This document shows, piece after piece, positions 36,040-44,451 of a DNA stretch of 44,451 bases. A program made the position numbers and the translations under genes. This DNA comes from Octopus bimaculoides (Eukaryota). Every line of letters starts with the position of its first letter. Position 1 is the first letter of the stretch. Below the pieces are notes generated by a model. It did no database searches. It saw nothing but the letters and a program-made list of their open reading frames with translations, and was not told the origin of the DNA. The stretch covers positions 18,369,550 through 18,414,000 of the forward strand of contig NC_068993.1 of assembly GCF_001194135.2 (NCBI RefSeq). The letters are read 5' to 3'.

Positions 36040-36721
36040 TTAAAAAAAAAGGATTGACGTAACTCTTCACGAAGGTAAACAGTCAAGACGAAGAGTGCGA
36101 TTTTAGATGTTTTATTTTTTGAACAATATTTCGACAGAACGTCTGTCTTTNNNNNNNNNNNNNNNNNNNNNNNNNNNNNNNNNNNNNNNNNNNNNNNNNN
36201 NNNNNNNNNNNNNNNNNNNNNNNNNNNNNNNNNNNNNNNNNNNNNNNNNNNNNNNNNNNNNNNNNNNNNNNNNNNNNNNNNNNNNNNNNNNNNNNNNNNN
36301 NNNNNNNNNNNNNNNNNNNNNNNNNNNNNNNNNNNNNNNNNNNNNNNNNNNNNNNNNNNNNNNNNNNNNNNNNNNNNNNNNNNNNNNNNNNNNNNNNNNN
36401 NNNNNNNNNNNNNNNNNNNNNNNNNNNNNNNNNNNNNNNNNNNNNNNNNNNNNNNNNNNNNNNNNNNNNNNNNNNNNNNNNNNNNNNNNNNNNNNNNNNN
36501 NNNNNNNNNNNNNNNNNNNNNNNNNNNNNNNNNNNNNNNNNNNNNNNNNNNNNNNNNNNNNNNNNNNNNNNNNNNNNNNNNNNNNNNNNNNNNNNNNNNN
36601 NNNNNNNNNNNNNNNNNNNNNNNNNNNNNNNNNNNNNNNNNNNNNNNNNNNNNNNNNNNNNNNNNNNNNNNNNNNNNNNNNNNNNNNNNNNNNNNNNNNN
36701 NNNNNNNNNNNNNNNNNNNNN

Positions 36722-36906
36722 AATTCATGAATGGATGTTGTTTTCACAGCGATAATGCTCTTCTCAATACATGAGTCGTTCCAGTTAACACGATTTTTTT
36801 GCACTTCCTGTAGAGATGGTAAGCCTGGTATCATTTTCAAATAGGTCTCAATACCTTTTTTTTAATCATTCCTAGAGATCCTACAATGACTGGTACGCTA
36901 GTCGCC

Positions 36907-36908
<2 letters not shown>
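36722..36908 (-). mobile_element. R4/Dong-type LINE 3' end (subfamily epsilon)
   Basis: VPVIVGSLGMIKK..MIPGLPSLQEVQK.VLTGTTHVLRRALSL* (with frameshifts). Confidence 0.85.
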
Positions 36909-36971
<63 letters not shown>

Positions 36972-36990
36972 GTTGTTGTTGTTGTTGTTG

Positions 36991-37058
<68 letters not shown>

Positions 37059-37068
37059 GTCATTACTA

Positions 37069-37448
37069 TTTCTCTTTATCACAGGTGTTGTGGGAGCTCC
37101 TGGAGTCTTACATACGTAGTGGGCTTGCTACCTGCAGTCTACGGTATCATGCTGTCCAATCTATTCAGCTATTTAATACTTTCCAGATTATTCTGGCCAT
37201 GCCAAGGAGGCAAATCTTTTGTAAGAGTTCTATTGGGCACTCTATTCCAATTTCCTTTATATTCCTCTTGGTGCCTTCTGATACCGTTCCCAATGACCCA
37301 ACAATAATTGGCACGGTGTTCATCTTCTTCATTTTCCATAGCCGGACTATTTCGTACTTAAAAGGGTTGTATTTATCTATCTATCAATCCTTTCGCCTTC
37401 CTTCTTGACTATTCTTGGGTCAAAGAGGCATGCAACATCACCTATCTT
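37069..37448 (-). mobile_element. R4/Dong-type LINE 3' end (subfamily alpha)
   Basis: GDVACLFDPRIVKKEGE...VPIIVGSLGTVSEG...LLQKICLLGMARIIWKVL; UTR as 15221 and 16620; flanked by (ATT)n on both sides. Confidence 0.9.
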
Positions 37449-37449
37449 G

Positions 37450-37511
<62 letters not shown>

Positions 37512-37540
37512 CATCATCATTATCATCGTCATCGTCATTA

Positions 37541-37572
<32 letters not shown>

Positions 37573-37601
37573 GTGGTCGTGGTCACCGTCGTCGCCATCA
37601 C

Positions 37602-37655
<54 letters not shown>

Positions 37656-37658
37656 TAA

Positions 37659-37752
<94 letters not shown>

Positions 37753-38372
37753 NNNNNNNNNNNNNNNNNNNNNNNNNNNNNNNNNNNNNNNNNNNNNNNN
37801 NNNNNNNNNNNNNNNNNNNNNNNNNNNNNNNNNNNNNNNNNNNNNNNNNNNNNNNNNNNNNNNNNNNNNNNNNNNNNNNNNNNNNNNNNNNNNNNNNNNN
37901 NNNNNNNNNNNNNNNNNNNNNNNNNNNNNNNNNNNNNNNNNNNNNNNNNNNNNNNNNNNNNNNNNNNNNNNNNNNNNNNNNNNNNNNNNNNNNNNNNNNN
38001 NNNNNNNNNNNNNNNNNNNNNNNNNNNNNNNNNNNNNNNNNNNNNNNNNNNNNNNNNNNNNNNNNNNNNNNNNNNNNNNNNNNNNNNNNNNNNNNNNNNN
38101 NNNNNNNNNNNNNNNNNNNNNNNNNNNNNNNNNNNNNNNNNNNNNNNNNNNNNNNNNNNNNNNNNNNNNNNNNNNNNNNNNNNNNNNNNNNNNNNNNNNN
38201 NNNNNNNNNNNNNNNNNNNNNNNNNNNNNNNNNNNNNNNNNNNNNNNNNNNNNNNNNNNNNNNNNNNNNNNNNNNNNNNNNNNNNNNNNNNNNNNNNNNN
38301 NNNNNNNNNNNNNNNNNNNNNNCAGTATGATGTCTGGCCTATTTGCGTCTATTATTATTATTATTATTGTTA

Positions 38373-38998
<626 letters not shown>

Positions 38999-39020
38999 CC
39001 TTATCATTATTATTGTTATT

Positions 39021-39079
<59 letters not shown>

Positions 39080-39090
39080 TATTATTATTA

Positions 39091-39367
39091 TTTTATGTTT
39101 GACTTTTGTTTTGCATTTGTACAAGTTGGATCCAAGTCTCACCCAGAGACCTCAAGAGACAACAAGTTAGAAGTTCATGTAGGTGTTATGCCTAGGGTAC
39201 CATATATTTGGATTTGTACAGTTTTGTTCAAGTGAATGTTTAAGAAACCATAAGAAAATTATGTGTTTGCTTTAAAATTTGAGATCACATAGACAGCATT
39301 TTACGTAGGATATGGGCAGTTCCCATGAGCACTATCTTTTGAACTTCAGCCATTTTGGGGTTTCCTG
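39091..39367 (-). mobile_element. R4/Dong-type LINE 3' end (subfamily zeta)
   Basis: GNPKMAEVQKIVLMGTAHILRKMLSM* followed by a UTR of about 200 bp and an (AAT)n/(GAT)n tail. Confidence 0.85.
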
Positions 39368-39377
39368 NNNNNNNNNN

Positions 39378-39465
<88 letters not shown>

Positions 39466-39496
39466 CATCATCATCATCATCATTATTATTATTGCT

Positions 39497-39688
39497 AAGG
39501 CAGCGAGCTGGCAGAACTGTTAGCACGCTGGATGAAATGCTTAGCGGTATTTCGCTCGTCGCTACCTTCTGAGTTCAAATTCCGCCGAGGTTGACTTTGC
39601 CTTTCATTCTTTCGGAGTCGATAAATTACGTATCAGTGAAACACTGGAGTTCCTTCCCCGAATTTCTGGCCATGTACCTTTTGCAAAA

Positions 39689-39690
<2 letters not shown>
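39497..39690 (+). mobile_element. SINE family B inside an (ATT)n array
   Basis: aaggcagcgagctggcagaactgttagcacg...ttctgagttcaaattccgccgaggttgactttgcc; (ATT)n on both sides. Confidence 0.9.
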
Positions 39691-39754
<64 letters not shown>

Positions 39755-40414
39755 TGATCCCATGCATAAAGCCATTCTAAAGTGTTGAGCTTTTCATTTA
39801 CTTTTCATATAATACTTGAATTTTTTTTACAAATTGTTCCTGTTTCCATAGTTCTTGTTTTTTTTCGAATTTAATCCGTCATTTTGATAGAATTATTGTT
39901 GTTAGTGTGTTTACTGTGTATTGTGACTATAAACATTTTTCTCCCAAAGTAGCAAAAAAAAAAAGTATTGATTCCATTGTTAGCCTTATTTTAGATTGTC
40001 GATAAATAAATTAAGATGATCCAAAACAATCGTATTCATTTGGTGTTCTCAGTCAGTGCGTATTATCGATATGATATTGCTGTGAACATAAACCAGAACT
40101 ATGATTTCACAGAATATATATATTTTTTCATATAAAATTACCAGAAAATCGCATTTGAAGGTGGATGTCTTCTTTGTATACATTTAACATTTAAATTTCA
40201 TTGTATATTCTGACATTTCTTGCCGAAAGACGTTTTGACTCGCTTTTATCTTCCTGGAGTGGTAACATCCTCCCATCCACCGTATTATTTTGAATAATCA
40301 TCGATCATCAAAAACCGTTTCATTACAAATGTTTATTTAGCACGTTGTGAAAATAAAACCGCTGCATTTAATTTGTTATGCATACTTCACGTTTAACTGC
40401 TGTCTCTGAAAGAA

Positions 40415-40565
40415 AATTTTGATTTCCATCAACTCACGTTTACAACTCTTTTTGGTCGGCTTGGAGCTGTAGTAGAAGACATTTGCCCAATGTTTGGTGC
40501 AAGGGAACTGATTCTGAAACCAAGTAGTTGCAAAGCGAGCTTCGTAACCACACAGCTGCAACCAT
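40415..40565 (-). mobile_element. SINE family C, 5' portion
   Basis: Reverse complement gcagctgtgtggttacgaagctcgctttgcaac...cattgggcaaatgtcttctactacagc...ccgaccaaa. Confidence 0.7.
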
Positions 40566-41284
40566 GTAGAAGGCCTTTACATTGTGGGTCATCTTACTTG
40601 AAATGATAGCTCAATCGACTTCAAATTATATTCTACCGTTTTAGAATAGAAAAGACACTCTGGAAATGCAATTCTTTATACACTGTTTTTAAATAAATAT
40701 ATAGTATTTCTGGATTTCTTGATTGTGTTGATTGGAAAGTTTTTGAAATTAAGCCTGATGTTAAACAACGACGACGACGATGGCGGCGACGACGTGAGTT
40801 ACAAGCGTTTCTTTGGTTTGTAGACTGAGATGCAATTGTCCAAATGAGTGCATGTGTTGCAGAGATATTCTCACAAAGCACATGCTATTGTTGCAGCTTT
40901 ACTTGTAACACCTAATCAGGGTTATTCAAGTAATTAACTATATTAGCCCGATTGAATAATATTAATAAATACCGATTGATTTCAAACTGTTAGCATAATT
41001 ACTATTTTTATTATCAACTAATTTTTATTGCCACAGCATCAATTACAAACACTAACAAATGCTTCTTAATTGCAAAAGATGCTTTCGCAGTAAAAAGGCA
41101 CTGCAAAAATACACTATAAAAATACACTACAAAAACACCAATACTTAAAAACATATACATATGCATACATACATATGTATACATATACAAATGCGTATAT
41201 TATATATACATATGTATGAACATATATTGATATAGATATACATGTGCATATGATTCTTGTATGTATGTATATTTTTATCTTTTT

Positions 41285-41668
41285 CTTTTATCTATTTTGG
41301 TCATTGGACTGTGTTCATGCTGGAGAGTCGCCTTGAAAAGTTTAAGCAAACAAATAAACCACATACTCATTTTAAAATTTGGTGCTTATTTTGTCTTTTT
41401 TTCCCAACTGTTAAATTACAAGGACGTAAACAAATCAACACCGGGTGTCAAGAGGCGGTAGTGGGTGCAAAAACAAATACAAAGATACGTCCATATCTAT
41501 ACTATGACTTCCATGTTGTGTTCTTTCAGTCTACTGCGTTCACTCTTATGTTATTGGTTGGCCTGAAGCTATATTACAAGATTTTTACCTAATATCCCGC
41601 ACAGTAGGACTGAACCCAAAACCACGTAGGACTGAACCCAAAGCGAGCTTCGTAACCATACGCCCATG
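41285..41668 (-). mobile_element. SINE family C, degenerate near full length, with a 17-bp internal duplication
   Basis: Tail ctccagcatgaacacagtccaatgacc and middle gacacccggtgttg match 95-297; gtaggactgaacccaaa occurs at 41604-41620 and 41626-41642. Confidence 0.7.
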
Positions 41669-42830
41669 TTTCTAACAGAAACCCGTCTCATCCAGGCTTA
41701 GATTATCGGTAGTCTAAGACTGAATGAGATAGAAGTCTGTTACATTACTGATTTTACCAAACCACTGCTCCATTCGTAACTCGCTGGAATCATAGAAATT
41801 CTAAGTTTTAGCAACGTAATTTCAGTTTTGATGTATAAATTTATATTAATTACATCGGTTTATTATGTTAAATATATCGGTTATGTCTTCGATTTCGTTT
41901 CAAAGTTAAGATAATTCATTGATAAACTAACATTCGTACTTCTTTCACAATGTTAAAGATTTCTATAATTTCTTAAGCAAGTGAAAGCGGAACCCGCGAA
42001 CACACGTCGTGAAAAGCAGAATAAATAATATAGATAATAACGAATAAAAAAAAAAAAACGGGTTTTCATTATTGTTGTTTTATTTTTTGTTATTACAAAA
42101 CATTAATAATACAATCATGTTATGCTTATTTATTTCCTTTTGCTTTAAATAAGATAATTTTGCAATAAACTTCACTGATGAAACTTGGACAGCCATTTTG
42201 AACGAAATCTTTAATAATTCCTGTGAGAAATGTATACGAATTTAATGAGTTTAATATTTATTCAATATTTATTTTTGTATCTCTCATTGTTTGTTTCTCA
42301 CGTGATCTAGTGGCATATATGTAGCACAAAAGTTTGTGCCTATTTCTGGACATACTGTTAGTCAATATTTACGTTTGATGCAACAGTTCAGCTGCTCACT
42401 CGGTTACTTTGGTTCTTGTTTAATATATAATAATAATAAAAAAAATATTGATACAAAATTGAAAATGTGAATAATAATGTCTAAGGGAGGTAATGCAATG
42501 GAACGATGGTCATTTTTGTTTTATAATTTCATAAAGCGGCATGAGAAAACTGGAGGAGGCCAATTAAACATGGAAGGAAACTGTTGAGTGTTGACTATTT
42601 TCGCCATGGCGCATGTGTTTATGTATATTAGTTCTTTCTATGATTTTCTCATTAAAATAAATAAGTAAATAAATAAATAAATAAATAAATAGAGAAACTA
42701 AAAAAAAAACTACTAGCTGTGAATACACACAGCCACATATACGCACGCACAAGCACCAACACGCTCTCTCACATGCACACAAATGCACGCACATATACAT
42801 TCATACATACAAACGCACACAGGTTTATGT

Positions 42831-43130
42831 AGGTGCGTGACCTTGCGGTTATGACTTTCTCACTGGCGATTGCGAAATAGAGGTTTCGATTCTTGGACCG
42901 GGTGATGCGTTGTATTCTTGGACAAAACAGTTCATTTCACATTGCTCTACGAGCACCTCGACTACTGATGTGTGACATAGCATGCACCCGTACAGCCAGT
43001 GTCGATTTGCCAGAGGAGTGGACTGCTTTACAGCACAAGCATTTGATCACGCTAAACAAATCATCTGTGTAGGATGAGCACCGAGAAATTTCGGTGTCCT
43101 CATCGGTCATCTGCGATTGGAGAAACAACA
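42831..43130 (+). mobile_element. SINE family A-like, degenerate
   Basis: ggtgcgtgaccttgcggtta...ggtttcgattcttgg...gcgttgtattcttggacaaaaca. Confidence 0.6.
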
Positions 43131-43664
43131 ATATATATACGTGTACATGCTTATATATTTATGTGTTTGAGTGTGCGTGTGTATGTGCGTGCGTGAGTGC
43201 GTGTATGTGTGTGTGTCTACGTGTGTGTGTGTGTATGTGTGTGTGTATGTGTGTGCATGCATCATATTTGTAGATAATATTAGTCAATTTAGTGTAAGAC
43301 TACACATGCAGAGTAAAAAAGAATGTGCTTGTGTAAAGTTCATAATTTTCTTTAAATAATGGTCAGTAAAAAATGGAATCAAATTTTAATAAAGAATCGA
43401 AATGCACATTCCCCTAATATTTAGTTACAACCTTATTACAGCCACACTTGAAATAATAATAATGAGGTCATCAAATAAATATAATACATTTCGCTTTGGG
43501 TAACTTTTTCATCTTCGTGTACATATGTACAAATCATTATAGGGAAAATATCATCTACGTTGGCATACATTATTAGTAGTGCATCTTTCACCCCAAACAC
43601 ACACACACACGCACGAATAGCTATGTATGCATTGTACTATGTGTCTCGCAGAAGCGATCACGCA

Positions 43665-43695
<31 letters not shown>

Positions 43696-43751
43696 GCTAT
43701 ATTAAATCTCTGAACGAGGGGTAAACAGTAACAGTACGGAATCGTAAAATA

Positions 43752-43972
43752 TACTTGCCAGCTAAATGTGGCGGTCTCATAGAGGACAATGTTACTGTTG
43801 TTTTTAGCCCCAGGAAGACATCTCCTCCAGCTGGCTAACGACAAACTGTGTCTGCAGATACTAATCGGACACAGACAGTGTGTCGTTAGCCAGCTGGAGG
43901 AGATGTCTTCCTTGAGCTAAAAACAACAGTATCATTATCCTCTATGGGACCACTACAGTTAGTTGGCAAGTG
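43752..43972. mobile_element. 221-bp fold-back MITE with TA flanks
   Basis: Arms 43752-43854 and 43866-43972 are inverted copies (31-bp perfect core ggaagacatctcctccagctggctaacgaca), 11-nt loop, TA on both sides. Confidence 0.85.
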
Positions 43973-44067
43973 TATATATATATATATATATAAGTTTGTA
44001 TGTGTGCGAGTGTATGTGTATGCATGNNNNNNNNNNTGTATGTGTGCGAGTGTATGTGTATGCATGC

Positions 44068-44105
<38 letters not shown>

Positions 44106-44451
44106 GTGTGTCTATGTGTATATGTATACATGTATGTATTTACTCGACTTTGAGTATTGAAAGAGAATATGATAAAAAGAAAAAGAACACCCCTCACAAA
44201 AAAAATCCGAATTGCAAAAAATAATAAATATTTTAGATGACGATGTAAATGGAAATCATTTAATATAATAAATACAGAGTTTCGTGAAAACATTAAAGAA
44301 AGGAATTAGGAAAGAATATGGAAAAAAAAGACAAGAAAGTAAAAAGAACAGAAAAACAAAAAAAACAAAAACAACTTGGCTAAAACAAGGTATGATAAAA
44401 ATAAAAATAGTTATTTACATATCCTCTTGCTGCCAGTATCATATATATATA

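Overview
AT-rich, repeat-dense eukaryotic draft-genome sequence with 14 N-gaps. The SINE families and microsatellite load resemble an Octopus-like coleoid cephalopod (inference from memory of these repeats, not a database hit). I cannot support any host protein-coding exon, RNA gene or CRISPR array, so the window looks intronic or intergenic. Most ORFs in the track are microsatellite or gap artefacts. Supported content: (i) about ten fragments of R4/Dong-type (RLE) non-LTR retrotransposons, most piled into (TAA)n arrays at 15.2-17.2 kb and 35.1-39.4 kb; (ii) four tRNA-derived SINE families (my labels A-D), including two young inverted family-D copies; (iii) a decayed Chapaev3-like DNA transposon with an intact CAC terminus; (iv) the 5' end of a Mag-like Ty3/Gypsy element; (v) RTE and CR1/L2 RT remnants, a hAT-type MITE, a Tigger-like end and a 221-bp fold-back MITE; (vi) divergent inverted units carrying hammerhead-ribozyme-like cores that resemble Penelope-like pseudo-LTRs. 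The most interesting signals are the inverted hammerhead-like units, the apparent SINE-tail to Dong landing-pad relationship, and the Chapaev3 element. Coordinates were counted by hand; degenerate boundaries are approximate.
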